A DNA stretch of 64,000 bases. Source: Nitrosopumilaceae archaeon. Its GTDB lineage: Archaea > Thermoproteota > Nitrososphaeria > Nitrososphaerales > Nitrosopumilaceae. The stretch covers positions 224,001 to 288,000 of the forward strand of contig OZ242274.1 of the NCBI GenBank assembly GCA_965207375.1, written 5' to 3'. Of this stretch, positions 52,285-63,235 are shown piece by piece; within the stretch, counting starts at the first letter, position 1, and the number at the start of each line of letters is the position of its first letter. Under the pieces are notes generated by a model that saw only the letters and a list, made by a program, of their open reading frames with translations, was not told the DNA's origin and ran no database searches. Both the position numbers and the translations under genes were made by a program.

Positions 52285-53745
52285 TTATTTTGTAAGCTCA
52301 GCCACTCTGTGCTGCATCTGTTTTATTGCAAGCTCTATCTTGTTATCGCGTTTGGCAATTTGTGTTCTATACGAATCGATCCTTTTTGTACGCTGTACAA
52401 TCATACGTTTTTGCTCAGAAAAGCCAGAAGAACCCTGTGAAACACGTGTGCGCAAGGAGGATGTAATGGTAGTATTTTTGATAATTTCAGCTACAAGCTT
52501 TACATCAACATTGGCATCTTTAACACACAATCTAATTTCGTTATTAGTAAGCTTTGATAGCTGCTTTTTTGCTAGATGCGCCCTTTGTACAAGTTGACCT
52601 GAAATTTTATGTGTAGTTCTAAAGGGGATTTTATTTTGCACTAATTTTTCAGCAATGTCTAATGCTATTAGATAGCTGCCTTCTGCTGCCTTTTTCATCT
52701 GCTTTTCATTAACAGACATTGTAAGTAGTATGGGTTTTACAACTAGCAACGCAGCAATTGAGGTTTTAGAGGTGGACCAAATTGAAGATTTTATCTGTTG
52801 TAGATCTCTGCCGTAACCGGTTGCAAGACCTTTGACCGTAGATAATATGCCCATCAAATTTCCAATAACCTGTGCAGTATATCCCCGAGTCAGCTCTAAA
52901 ACATCTGGATTTTTTTTCTGCGGCATTACACTTGAGGGAGATGTAAACTCGTCGGCTAGCTCAATAAAGGAAAATTCTGTTGCAGACCAAATAACAAAGT
53001 CTTCTGCAAGTTTACTAAGATTAGTCATCATAATTGCAGCACTGCTTACATACTCTGCAACAAAATCTCTAGTACTAGTTGCATCTATGGAATTTTCAAC
53101 TAAACCATCAAATCCTAACATTTTTGATGTACTGATTCTATCAATTGCAATACTTGTTCCGCCTACGGGCCCTGCCCCTAACGGACTCTGATTTACCCTG
53201 TCATAACTGTCATAAAACCTGTCAAGATCACGAAGCAGTGCATCTGCATGGGCTAGCAGATAGTGAGAAAATGTTCCTGCCTGCGCCTGCTGCAGGTGTG
53301 TATAAAGCGGCATGATAGTCTTTTGATGCTTTTGTGCTACAGAAACTAGGGCCTCAACTGTATCAAGCAAACAGTTGCAAATAGTGTTTATGTCATCACG
53401 AATCTTCATTCTTGTATCTAATGATATCTGGTCATTTCGTGAACGGGCAGTGTGCATTTTACCACCGCTTGCAGAACCTGCCTTTTTGATTACTAGTCTT
53501 TCAACTAGTTCGTGAATATCTTCAGAATCACAGGGCTCATCAAACTCTTCTTTTTTGAGCTCTTCTAGTGCATTTAGAATTTTTTTAACATCTGACTTTG
53601 ATATAATCTGATTATCATACAGCATGATTACATGTGCCTGGCTCGCACAAATATCGTACTGTATAATTTCTGCATCATCAGAAACAGATGAAACATAATC
53701 CAAAGTTACATCGCCTAGATTATTTTCAAGACGGGAACGATACAT
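52285..53745 (-). CDS. argH: Argininosuccinate lyase
   Basis: EDIH, HTARSRNDQ, YTHLQ, SSVMPQKKNPD motifs. Confidence 0.96.
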   Translation of the reverse strand: MYRSRLENNLGDVTLDYVSSVSDDAEIIQYDICASQAHVIMLYDNQIISKSDVKKILNALEELKKEEFDEPCDSEDIHELVERLVIKKAGSASGGKMHTARSRNDQISLDTRMKIRDDINTICNCLLDTVEALVSVAQKHQKTIMPLYTHLQQAQAGTFSHYLLAHADALLRDLDRFYDSYDRVNQSPLGAGPVGGTSIAIDRISTSKMLGFDGLVENSIDATSTRDFVAEYVSSAAIMMTNLSKLAEDFVIWSATEFSFIELADEFTSPSSVMPQKKNPDVLELTRGYTAQVIGNLMGILSTVKGLATGYGRDLQQIKSSIWSTSKTSIAALLVVKPILLTMSVNEKQMKKAAEGSYLIALDIAEKLVQNKIPFRTTHKISGQLVQRAHLAKKQLSKLTNNEIRLCVKDANVDVKLVAEIIKNTTITSSLRTRVSQGSSGFSEQKRMIVQRTKRIDSYRTQIAKRDNKIELAIKQMQHRVAELTK

Positions 53746-53794
53746 CACCATACATTCTAGAATGGTTATATATAGCATAGACGATTTGGCCATT

Positions 53795-54115
53795 ATGTCT
53801 CAAGATATCAAACATCTAAGGGTCAAAATCTTTGATGAATTATCCAAGATAGTGGATCCTGAAATTAACACAACAATTACGGAGCTTGAATTAATTGATG
53901 AGGTAGACATTAACGAATCAAACGTCAAGGTAGATTTGCATCTGACTAGCCCATTTTGTCCTGCAGTTTTTGGATTCAAAATTTGTCAAGACATACATGA
54001 TAATCTGCTCACAATTGACGGCGTAGACGACGTCAAGGTAAATGTATCAAATCATTTTATGGCCGAACAAATCAACAATCAGGTAAATAACAGCCCCAAT
54101 CCAAAAAAATCTTAA
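53795..54115 (+). CDS. DUF59/SufT-like Fe-S assembly protein
   Basis: VDPEI, LTSPFCP motifs. Confidence 0.88.
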   Translation: MSQDIKHLRVKIFDELSKIVDPEINTTITELELIDEVDINESNVKVDLHLTSPFCPAVFGFKICQDIHDNLLTIDGVDDVKVNVSNHFMAEQINNQVNNSPNPKKS

Positions 54116-54879
54116 TCTCTAAATCCTAACATGTATCCTCTAAGCAACTGGATACCCATGGCCGGATCTACGCCCTTTGGACACACTTGACTACACGATC
54201 CTGCAAAATGACATCTCCAAATACCATGAGAGTCATCAATAATTTTGAGACGGTCGTCTTTTCCCCTGTCTCTGCTGTCGGCCACATATCTATAGGCCTG
54301 AGCTAGTGCCTGCGGACCTACAAAGGATGAATCAGTTGCCATAGTTGGACAAACAGAATTGCAAAGACCACACTTTATGCAGTTTGCAAATTGGATATAT
54401 TGCTCGTGCTGTTCTGGAGTCTGTAGCAGCTCTTCTGTACTGTGACTGGCATCGGTGTCTTCTCTTATCAAATATGGCTTGATTTTATGATGTGTATCAA
54501 ATAACCTCTCAAATTTTACGGCCAAATCACGGATGATTGGAAAATTATTCATCGGTTCTACTGTAATTGTATCTGATTCTAATTCACTGATTTTTGTAAA
54601 ACATGCCAAACGCGGCTTGCCATTAATTATCATTCCACAGGACCCACACGTTGCCTGCCTGCAAGAGTATCTTACTGCAATAGAATGATCAAAGTGCTTT
54701 TTTACTTCTAGGATTGCCTCAAGTACTGTAGTCCATCGCTCATAAGGAATGTTAAATTCCACAAAATGCTGTTCATCGCCTATCTCTGGATTAGAACGTG
54801 CTATTCTAAGAGTGATGTTTTTTGATGGGGAAACATGAGAATTTGCCTGTTCTTGTGCAATACCTGATACCAGAGCCAT
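54112..54879 (-). CDS. sdhB: Succinate dehydrogenase Fe-S subunit
   Basis: SCR..CGSC, CIKCGLC...CP, CH...C...CPK motifs. Confidence 0.96.
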   Translation of the reverse strand: MALVSGIAQEQANSHVSPSKNITLRIARSNPEIGDEQHFVEFNIPYERWTTVLEAILEVKKHFDHSIAVRYSCRQATCGSCGMIINGKPRLACFTKISELESDTITVEPMNNFPIIRDLAVKFERLFDTHHKIKPYLIREDTDASHSTEELLQTPEQHEQYIQFANCIKCGLCNSVCPTMATDSSFVGPQALAQAYRYVADSRDRGKDDRLKIIDDSHGIWRCHFAGSCSQVCPKGVDPAMGIQLLRGYMLGFRD

Positions 54880-54881
54880 CT

Positions 54882-55229
54882 TCAAACCATCCCCATACTT
54901 GTCATGATAATCGTTCTTGACCCATACGCAATTAATATTATCATAGATATCACACATCCGTACGAAACGGCCTTTTCATAAACCCTGCCCTGCCTTAATT
55001 CCAGCAATATTACGCGCAATCCGTTGAATCCATGTACAGAAAGTAGAATCAAAATGATCTCAAGCATTCCAGCATAGGGCAAGAATTGATAATTTGCAAT
55101 TACATTTTCATATTCAATTGATTCAGCATATCCACCTTGTGTGAGTCTCATCAAAATATGAACCGCAACAAAAGCAACTGCTGCTAGGGCAGTTCCATAA
55201 TGAATCTTCATAATGTGACTTTCTCTCAT
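54882..55229 (-). CDS. sdhD: Succinate dehydrogenase membrane anchor
   Basis: 3 TM helices, HGFNGLR; operon position. Confidence 0.85.
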   Translation of the reverse strand: MRESHIMKIHYGTALAAVAFVAVHILMRLTQGGYAESIEYENVIANYQFLPYAGMLEIILILLSVHGFNGLRVILLELRQGRVYEKAVSYGCVISMIILIAYGSRTIIMTSMGMV

Positions 55230-55233
55230 CATA

Positions 55234-55665
55234 TCACCCAAACATTACTGCTGTTCCATACATCATTGCAAGTGCAGCCAAGACAATGGCAGAATAAATT
55301 CCTATTTTATGTCTATAGTTTTGAGATGCAGGATCATATGGATAATCTGGCCTTGCAGGCCTTCCAACACCTACTCCACCGTGTCCTAACATTACACGAA
55401 TACCATTAACGGTATGAAATACACACATTCCGATTACCAACGTCATGAAAATGTGTCCCTCTGTAGTCTGGGTAATATCCAAAAACTCTTGCCATCCCAT
55501 TTTCCCCTGTAAAATATTACTTGTCTCATAAATGTGCGCGATAAAATATCCTAGCAATCCTAATCCTGTAAGCCTCATAAGCCAGTATGCAACACGTTCA
55601 ATTCCAAAGCGGGTTGGATTTGCCATCCCCTTGATTCCTTCTTTACGTTTTGAATTGTCTGCCAT
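55234..55665 (-). CDS. sdhC: Succinate dehydrogenase cytochrome b subunit
   Basis: RLTG, FHTVNGIR; operon position. Confidence 0.87.
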   Translation of the reverse strand: MADNSKRKEGIKGMANPTRFGIERVAYWLMRLTGLGLLGYFIAHIYETSNILQGKMGWQEFLDITQTTEGHIFMTLVIGMCVFHTVNGIRVMLGHGGVGVGRPARPDYPYDPASQNYRHKIGIYSAIVLAALAMMYGTAVMFG

Positions 55666-57377
55666 CAGTATTTTCTCTCCACCGGCTGATAATTAGTGAT
55701 TGTAACTGGAAGGGTTTTCATGATTGGTTCTCGTGTATCATAATACGCCAATGTGTGATGTAAAAAGTTTCCATCATCACGTTTTGGATAATCGGTTCTA
55801 GCATGTCCTCCGCGGGATTCCTTTCTATTTATTGCGCCTACTAGAACCACCTCTGCCACTCTAAACATAGAATCTAACTCCATGACATTTGTAAAGTTAG
55901 TGTTGTATTCTTTGGCACCGTCATCTACATGCTTCCATGTAAGATTGTATAGTTCCCTGATGCGTTTTAGGCCCGCAACTAGATCTTTTTCGTTTCTATA
56001 CACATATGCCTTTTCATTTAATGTATCGGTTAGTTCCTGTCTTACCTCGTACGGATTAACATCTCCATTGCCACGAAATATCCCGTCATAGATTCTCTTT
56101 TCCTCTGCTGCAACCAAATGATGAGGCCACGGCTCAGACTCTGATTGCTTTGATGCATAATCTGCTGCTAGCTTGCCTGTGATTTTGCCCCATACAATAC
56201 ACTCTGAGGTAGAATTGGCACCTAGCCTGTTTGAGCCATGCACACTATTGCATGCTGCCTCGCCTGCAGACCAAACTCCCTGCAATTCTGTAGCTCCGTC
56301 AATATCTGTATTTATTCCACCCATCATATAGTGGCATACGGGCCTAACATCAAGCATCTCTTTGGCAGGATCAATACCTGAAAATTTAATTGAAATCTCT
56401 CTAATTCCACCAAGTTTTTCCTTGATTGTTTCGTCTCCAATATGTCGAAGGTCTAGCTTCATACAATCTACACCGGTTTCGTGTTTGAACCCTCTACCCT
56501 CGTTAATCTCGGTAATAATTGAGCGAGACACAATGTCTCTTGGAGCCAATTCCATTTTTGCTGCCGCATAAGTTTCCATAAACCGCTCCCCTCTGTTGTT
56601 AATTAAATGCCCACCTTCGCCTCTTGCACCCTCTGTAATCAAAATTCCAGAAGGCAAAATTCCGGTAGGATGAAACTGGACAAATTCCATATCTTTGAGT
56701 GCCATACCTGCACGAAACGCCATGTCGAGTCCGTCAGGAGTTGAAGATAGCGCATAAGTTGAAAAGCTGTACAGTCTGCCTGCACCGCCTGTAGCAATGA
56801 TCAGTGCCCTTGCCTTTATTGAATAAAATGTTCCAGAAGACATTTCAATTGCAGTTACTCCCAAGAATTTTCTTCCATCATGTATGATAGATGTTACAAA
56901 CCATTCGTTTAGATATTCAATATTTTCATAGCGTTGACATGTGTCGTATAACGTCTGCATTTCAAAGAATCCAACCTTATCAGATGCATATGTTGCCCTA
57001 GGAAAACTATATCCTCCAAATGCGCGTTGGTCAATTCGCCCATTTTCTCGCCTTGACCATGGCATTCCCCACTTGTCTAACTGGTAGATTTCTTGAGGCA
57101 TTTGATTACAAAGCCGTTCAGCAACATCTTGATCAGCTAAAAAGTCACTTCCCTTGACGGTATCATAGATGTGAGACTCGATTGTATCTCCTTCATCTTC
57201 GAAAAGAACCGCAGCTGTTCCGCCCTCTGCTGATACTGAGTGAGAACGCATTACCTGAACTTTGGAGACTACAGCAATTCGTAATTGGGGACTAGTCTGT
57301 GCAGCAGAAATAGCAGCTCTTAATCCTGCTAGTCCGGAACCACAAATTATCAGATCATAATCCATAGTTTCAGTCAT
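55665..57377 (-). CDS. sdhA: Succinate dehydrogenase flavoprotein
   Basis: GSGLAG, RSHSVSAEGG, QFHPTG, HGSNRLG motifs. Confidence 0.97.
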   Translation of the reverse strand: MTETMDYDLIICGSGLAGLRAAISAAQTSPQLRIAVVSKVQVMRSHSVSAEGGTAAVLFEDEGDTIESHIYDTVKGSDFLADQDVAERLCNQMPQEIYQLDKWGMPWSRRENGRIDQRAFGGYSFPRATYASDKVGFFEMQTLYDTCQRYENIEYLNEWFVTSIIHDGRKFLGVTAIEMSSGTFYSIKARALIIATGGAGRLYSFSTYALSSTPDGLDMAFRAGMALKDMEFVQFHPTGILPSGILITEGARGEGGHLINNRGERFMETYAAAKMELAPRDIVSRSIITEINEGRGFKHETGVDCMKLDLRHIGDETIKEKLGGIREISIKFSGIDPAKEMLDVRPVCHYMMGGINTDIDGATELQGVWSAGEAACNSVHGSNRLGANSTSECIVWGKITGKLAADYASKQSESEPWPHHLVAAEEKRIYDGIFRGNGDVNPYEVRQELTDTLNEKAYVYRNEKDLVAGLKRIRELYNLTWKHVDDGAKEYNTNFTNVMELDSMFRVAEVVLVGAINRKESRGGHARTDYPKRDDGNFLHHTLAYYDTREPIMKTLPVTITNYQPVERKY

Positions 57378-57452
57378 AATTTAGTCAAATTTGAAGATGC
57401 AGAGTTAAATATGTAGTATTGCCACCTTGATAATTTTTCAAATGATTAATAT

Positions 57453-57478
57453 ATATCGCTAGTGATATCGCTAGTGAT
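57453..57478. promoter_or_regulatory. Candidate PadR operator: (ATATCGCTAGTG)x2 containing ATATC-N6-GATAT
   Basis: Tandem 12-mer with a dyad, directly at the padR start. Confidence 0.5.
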
Positions 57479-57983
57479 GATTAATGACTGGTTTCAGAGG
57501 GTAGGCTCGGCAGTACCTCGAGGATTTTCAAGATATTTCATTTTGGATCTATTAAAAGACACGCCACACACCGGAAAACAAATCATCGATCATGCCGTAG
57601 AAAAAAGCAATGGAATTTGGAAGCCTTCTCCAGGCTTGATCTATCCTTTACTAGGAAGATTACTAGATGAGGGACTAATTTCAGAAGATAAAGACGGAAA
57701 ATATCAATTAACAAAAAAAGGAAGATCTACTGCAGAAGACGTTGATAAAATCAATGATATTGTAAAAAAACAGATGGATGTATTGTTTAGAATAGGAAAT
57801 GTGGGCAGGTTTGTGGCCATGGATATGTTGGAGAAAATATCTGCGATGGGTTCTGTATTGAGTTCAAATGTGGCAAATATGACCGAAGAAGAAACCACAA
57901 AATATAGAAAATTCCTCCGTGACGAACTCCAAAAATTAGAGGACCAGACAGTTTCAAAGGGCAAAGAAATCAAAATAGAATAA
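57477..57983 (+). CDS. PadR-family transcriptional regulator
   Basis: RG...IL.LL, WKPSPG.IYPLL, YQLT.KG motifs. Confidence 0.92.
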   Translation: MINDWFQRVGSAVPRGFSRYFILDLLKDTPHTGKQIIDHAVEKSNGIWKPSPGLIYPLLGRLLDEGLISEDKDGKYQLTKKGRSTAEDVDKINDIVKKQMDVLFRIGNVGRFVAMDMLEKISAMGSVLSSNVANMTEEETTKYRKFLRDELQKLEDQTVSKGKEIKIE

Positions 57984-58555
57984 AATTGTCAATTTTTGGT
58001 CGTAAAAGACAAAACATCAACAATTCACACTTTTGTATACTGTTTTGATTCTGTCGGCTCAAAATTCCACTTTTGCTAAACTGTATCGTGTTTCGTAAAA
58101 AAGTTACAGGAATCAAATGACATTAAAACACAAGTCTTGATGGTATTTCCCTATACTGTCACTTTGGTTTTGCAAGTATTTTTAAATTTGATTAAATTGG
58201 TGTAAGGTATTATTTCTATGTGGTCAGCTTCATTGGCAGTACTCTAGAATTGGACATGCAGGTACGTTAGATCTATCTTACAAATTGGTACCTGCCCATC
58301 GATGATTTGCACAAAAATCAAAGTGTATCAAATTGTATGCGTTAAATATCAAAACTATGATTTTTACACAAATTAGAAAATCTATCTATTACAAATTTTT
58401 TGATACGCTTGTGCAATTCTCATAATTTATTATCTGATAAACTCCAAACCACACAAGATTGTCTTGCAGGTTAAAATTATCTGTCCATCAATACACACAA
58501 CAAAGAAAATTTTAGAAAAACTGTACTTAAATAATTCAATATGTCTTTTTAAATC

Positions 58556-59416
58556 GTGAAGACTCTTCGCAAGATGTTTAAAGAGAAAAAACCACTGGTA
58601 ATACCGGGAGTATATGGTGCACTAGGCGCAAAAATTGCAAGTAAAATCGGATTCTCAGCCATGTTTCAAACTGGTTATGGAACGTCTGCTACACTGTTTG
58701 GCATGCCTGATTATGGATTTATTGGAGCCACAGAAACAGTACAGAATGCAACAAGGATATGCAGAGCTTCTTTGGTTCCGGTAATTGTTGATTCAGATAC
58801 AGGATACGGCAATGCATTAAGTGTATGGAAGTTAGTAAAGGAGTTAGAATCTACAGGTGCATCTGGAATATTTCTTGAAGATCAAAAGTGGCCAAAAAGA
58901 TGTGGCCATATGCAAGGAAAAGAGGTAACAACACAAGAGGAATATACTGAAAAACTAGGAGCCGCAATTGATGCACGAGAAAGTAAGGATTTTGTTATAG
59001 TTGCAAGAACAGATGCAAGAGCCACAGAAGGATTGGATGCTGCAATTCAAAGAGGACTAGAAAATAAAAAAACTGGTGCAGATGCAATTTTTGTTGAAGC
59101 ACCAAAGGGAATAGATGAGATGAAAAAAATCGGCAAGTCAATTAATGCCCCGCTTGTTGCAAACATGATTGAAGGCGGTATGACTCCAATTATTTCTGCA
59201 GAAAAACTTTACAAAATGGGATTTAACATCATATTGTATCCTCTATCTGTCTTGTATGCTAGTACCTTTGCCACAATGAATATACTTACTGAGCTAAAAA
59301 AATCAGGAACCACTACGGGTAACAACGTTGTCAACTTTGATCAGTTCAATGATATTGTAGAATTGGCAAAGTTTAGAAAACTAGAAAAAAAATATGGCAC
59401 TATAAAAAGAGAATAA
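58556..59416 (+). CDS. Isocitrate lyase/PEP mutase family protein (PrpB-like)
   Basis: DSDTGYG, LEDQ..PKRCGH, ARTDA motifs. Confidence 0.9.
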   Translation: MKTLRKMFKEKKPLVIPGVYGALGAKIASKIGFSAMFQTGYGTSATLFGMPDYGFIGATETVQNATRICRASLVPVIVDSDTGYGNALSVWKLVKELESTGASGIFLEDQKWPKRCGHMQGKEVTTQEEYTEKLGAAIDARESKDFVIVARTDARATEGLDAAIQRGLENKKTGADAIFVEAPKGIDEMKKIGKSINAPLVANMIEGGMTPIISAEKLYKMGFNIILYPLSVLYASTFATMNILTELKKSGTTTGNNVVNFDQFNDIVELAKFRKLEKKYGTIKRE

Positions 59417-59438
59417 AAAATGTAAGTAAAGCACACAT

Positions 59439-59723
59439 CTATGAGTTTCTCTTTACTTCAATTTCTATTGTTGAAACGTTTCTTGCTTTGCCGTCTTTGG
59501 ACTCTAATGTTTCAGAGCCAATGTTGATGTTGCCAATAGAGAATCCAGCATTTTCTGTCTTTCTTGAGATGATTTGAGCTACATCTACAGCACGACCTAT
59601 ACTGAGACCTCTTGCTTTGATGCTCACGGCAGGCAAGTTGGCCAATTGAATCAATGTTGATGTAACATATGCCATCAATGGTTTCTTGCCTATGAATATG
59701 GTGTCTCTTGCTTCGTTTGACAT
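59439..59723 (-). CDS. albA: Alba chromatin protein
   Basis: IGKKP.M.YV, KARG..I.RAVDVA, VSTIEI motifs. Confidence 0.93.
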   Translation of the reverse strand: MSNEARDTIFIGKKPLMAYVTSTLIQLANLPAVSIKARGLSIGRAVDVAQIISRKTENAGFSIGNINIGSETLESKDGKARNVSTIEIEVKRNS

Positions 59724-59914
59724 AGGATTACGACACATGAGGATAATTTAAAGTTAAAATGAATTTTTGGCAACTGTAAACGTGATTTCAGAGTCCGGAT
59801 GATTTTAGGCACGATATAATTCCAACCGGGCCCCCGACTATGATATTAATAGATACAATTTTTGCAAGAAATGAAAAGTTTTATGAAAATAAGGACATCA
59901 CAAACAATGTAGAA

Positions 59915-60454
59915 ATGAACACTATCGAAGAAATTCACAAGGTACCCAAAGCAGAAAAAATTAAAATTTTAGAGTCAGTGTCCCAAACAGATGTAAAATT
60001 GGTAATTGATAAAATAGTGTCACTTTTAGATCATCCAGATATTGAAATTAGAGGAGAGGCATTTAGTGCACTAGTATTAAACAAAAACGATATTTCTGAA
60101 ATCCTAATTCAAAATTTAAACAGTACTCAAAAAAATATCAGAGCATATTCTGCCTTGATTCTTGGAAACAGAAAGGATCTAAATGCAATTGAACCCTTAA
60201 TTAAATTGGTATCTGATAAAAGATCATCTGTACGATCATGTGCGTTAGGGGCTTTGGGATATCTAAAGGCTGACGGTGCAAAACAAGTCATTCGTAGATG
60301 TCTTGCTGATGAAGATATGGAGGTCAAAAAATCTGCATTAAAGGCAATGATTGACATTGGTGATGACATTTCTACTGATGAACTAAAAGAACTATCAAAT
60401 CAAAATGATGCAGAATTAAACAAGCTAATCAAGATTGCAATGAAAACCGTCTGA
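59915..60454 (+). CDS. HEAT-repeat protein
   Basis: Repeated D....VR..A..ALG pattern. Confidence 0.85.
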   Translation: MNTIEEIHKVPKAEKIKILESVSQTDVKLVIDKIVSLLDHPDIEIRGEAFSALVLNKNDISEILIQNLNSTQKNIRAYSALILGNRKDLNAIEPLIKLVSDKRSSVRSCALGALGYLKADGAKQVIRRCLADEDMEVKKSALKAMIDIGDDISTDELKELSNQNDAELNKLIKIAMKTV

Positions 60455-60984
60455 ACTGTCAAAACGTGATTTATACTTGTGACTGTTTTTCAAACACGTA
60501 CAAAATAATCTGTTATAAAATGCAGTAGAGGCGTTTGCACGCTAATTACATAACTGCACAACGTACTTTTGATTCAAATCGTCATCGTGCAGCTAGTACA
60601 TGTTATGGTGTTGTATATTGTAGAATTTTAATTTCTGAATTTGCCAGTTCTGTTATGTCATGGCAGAAACAGCAGATGCAAAAACAAACATCTTCTCGCA
60701 TGTGACTGATTGTGACAAATGCAGATGATGCCTCTTGCATGTGGCGTCTGTATTGTTTTATGGCATTTATCAGTGTCGTAGGATTTTTGCTCTACTCCTT
60801 TGATAGTTTGAAATAGACGTTTGTGTCTTTTTGTGGATTTGATACGGTACAGTATTTTAGCGTAACATCTGTAGCTAACCCTGTTGATTATATGCAAATT
60901 GCATTAAATCAGGTGCAGTAACCATACCTTGTAATATGTGGCTGTAGGCGTGGATGAGTCCTTTTCATGTTTGGGGTGACTTTG

Positions 60985-62142
60985 CTAGCCCCAGATCTTT
61001 TCCTTAAATGTCCATTTTTTATTCAAGACAAAGTTTCCTAGTGCAGAAATACCTACTGAAATCATCAGTGCCGTAGGATATGCCATGTGTCCTCCATCTA
61101 CAAGAGTATAAACCATGCCAAGTTGTGCTAGTGCGCCAAATGAGCTAAACATTACAAACTTGGCATACTGTGGAATTGTCTTTTTGATGTTAAAATCACG
61201 ATCACTAAACGTCCAATACTTGTTTAGGATAAAATTACTCGTTATGGAGGCTGCAATGCCTATGATATTGGCATGAAGGTACCACATATCGGTAATGCCT
61301 CCTGCAAACAGCAAAGACATTAGATAATTTACGCCAAGACCAGATGCACCTACGGTGAAGAATCTAGCAGCCTTGGACAGAAAACGAACGGATTTTTGTT
61401 CTCCCTCCTCTGAACTCTTTCCATACCGGTACAGTCTCCACACTGATTTTAGATAATCTATAACTGTTAAAGTTCCAAGCTTGCTTGTACCAAACTGTCT
61501 GTCAGTAAATGTATAGGGAATTTCGATCACATTGTTTTCCTTTGTTTTTACAAGTATTTCTAAAAGCATCTTGTAACCAATTGCATCAAATTTTAAATCC
61601 TCGATTATTTTTTTCTTGAATGCAAAAAATCCTGACATTGGATCAGCTACATCAATACCCAATCCCTCCCTTGCAATCTTAGTAGCTGTTTTGCTGATTA
61701 TCTTTCTTTTCAGATTCCAACCCTCAACTGCACCGCCTACAGTATATCTAGAGGCAATGGCCAAATCATATTTTGATTTTAATGCATCAAGTAATTTGGG
61801 TATGATGTTTGCAGGATGGGACAAATCACTATCCATAACCACAATGGTATCACCTGTTGCTTGTTTAATGCCAGATAAAATCGCAGAGCTTAGGCCATCT
61901 TTGGCCTTTCTATGAATTATATTAATTGTATTGTGGGCAAATTCTTTGACATTTTCGATGTACTCTTCAACAATATTCCCGGTTCCGTCTGGAGAATTAT
62001 CATCAATCACAATAGTCTCTATGGGAATTTTTTTAGGGATAGATTCTCCAATTGACTTTAAGATTTTTAAAATGTTTTGAGATTCATTATAAGTTGGAAT
62101 GATAATAGATACCTGTGGAGCAGATTCTCTGTTTGCCTTCAT
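60985..62142 (-). CDS. GT2 dolichol-phosphate mannosyltransferase-like protein with C-terminal GtrA domain
   Basis: IIPTYNE, DDNSPDGT, MDSD.SH, DPMSGFF; 4 C-terminal TM helices. Confidence 0.92.
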   Translation of the reverse strand: MKANRESAPQVSIIIPTYNESQNILKILKSIGESIPKKIPIETIVIDDNSPDGTGNIVEEYIENVKEFAHNTINIIHRKAKDGLSSAILSGIKQATGDTIVVMDSDLSHPANIIPKLLDALKSKYDLAIASRYTVGGAVEGWNLKRKIISKTATKIAREGLGIDVADPMSGFFAFKKKIIEDLKFDAIGYKMLLEILVKTKENNVIEIPYTFTDRQFGTSKLGTLTVIDYLKSVWRLYRYGKSSEEGEQKSVRFLSKAARFFTVGASGLGVNYLMSLLFAGGITDMWYLHANIIGIAASITSNFILNKYWTFSDRDFNIKKTIPQYAKFVMFSSFGALAQLGMVYTLVDGGHMAYPTALMISVGISALGNFVLNKKWTFKEKIWG

Positions 62143-62344
62143 GTTTTTTTACTCGAATAAGCAGTTATATAATTTTCATTTAACAAAATTGACCCTCATT
62201 GTGGAATAATTTTAGAGCAAAAAAGATTTTACAAAAAATACACGCAGCAAAATTCTCCAAAAACGTAACAGACACATTTTCTAATGTTACTCTAGTTTTT
62301 AGATGATCTACTAGAATACATGCAAAACCCGTGCAGTTTACGGT

Positions 62345-62574
62345 AATGATACCCGAAGAGGCAGGTTACAGAAATGATACCCGAAGAGGCAGGTTACAGA
62401 AATGATACCCGAAGAGGCAGGTTACAGAAATGATACCCGAAGAGGCAGGTTACAGAAATGATACCCGAAGAGGCAGGTTACAGAAATGATACCCGAAGAG
62501 GCAGGTTACAGAAATGATACCCGAAGAGGCAGGTTACAGAAATGATACCCGAAGAGGCAGGTTACAGAAATGAT
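62345..62574. repeat. Perfect tandem array, 8 x 28 bp AATGATACCCGAAGAGGCAGGTTACAGA plus a partial unit
   Basis: Units start at 62345, 62373, 62401, 62429, 62457, 62485, 62513 and 62541. Confidence 0.97.
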
Positions 62575-62804
62575 CACACAATATCAAATTTTAAACATTA
62601 GACTTTATGCACAATTGACTAATTCGAAATAAAATTTTTAAATTTAAGGCTAAAAAATGAGCATTTTTAATTCAAAATTCAATTATGCATAAGGTCTATT
62701 ACACCTCATACATTTGACAAATTATGCAGCAATTGTGACTTTTGGCATGGGAATTTTTTGATCGATACAACTTGAAATAATCAGCGATCGTCCTCTTGAT
62801 CCTA

Positions 62805-63235
62805 AGAGGTGATCCGTAATTATTTTTTATGCGTGCCTACTGCCATCCAGATGCCCTGCCTCAGTCAGGCCATCTGATTCAACCGCCACAATATGCTGCG
62901 GTTTACCAAACCGCACACAATATCGTTGATCCGGTCGTATTTTATGAGTGGATTCCTGTACACGTTTCCCATAATACGCCAGGTTTTAACCCTGCGTATT
63001 GCATGTTCTACGTATACACGAATCTTTGAGTGGATTTTGTTGTATTCTTTTTGCTCTTCTGTGATCTTTACACCCTTTTTCTTTTTGATTGGAGTGCACA
63101 GTATCCCTCCAGGAACCTCAGGTGCCCCTTGGTATCCTCTGTCTGCATATATGGTGACCTGTATTTCATCAGGTATTTTCTCTGGAAATGTTGGAGGTTT
63201 TTTCTTGTATACTGTAACGTCATGTATTTTTCCTG
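62805..63235 (-). mobile_element. IS5-family 3' fragment (431 bp), copy A
   Basis: End AGAGGTGATCCGTAAT; directly followed by copy B. Confidence 0.85.

Noticed and set aside
62345-62574. CRISPR array
   Set aside because: Units are contiguous and identical with no spacers; no cas genes in the window
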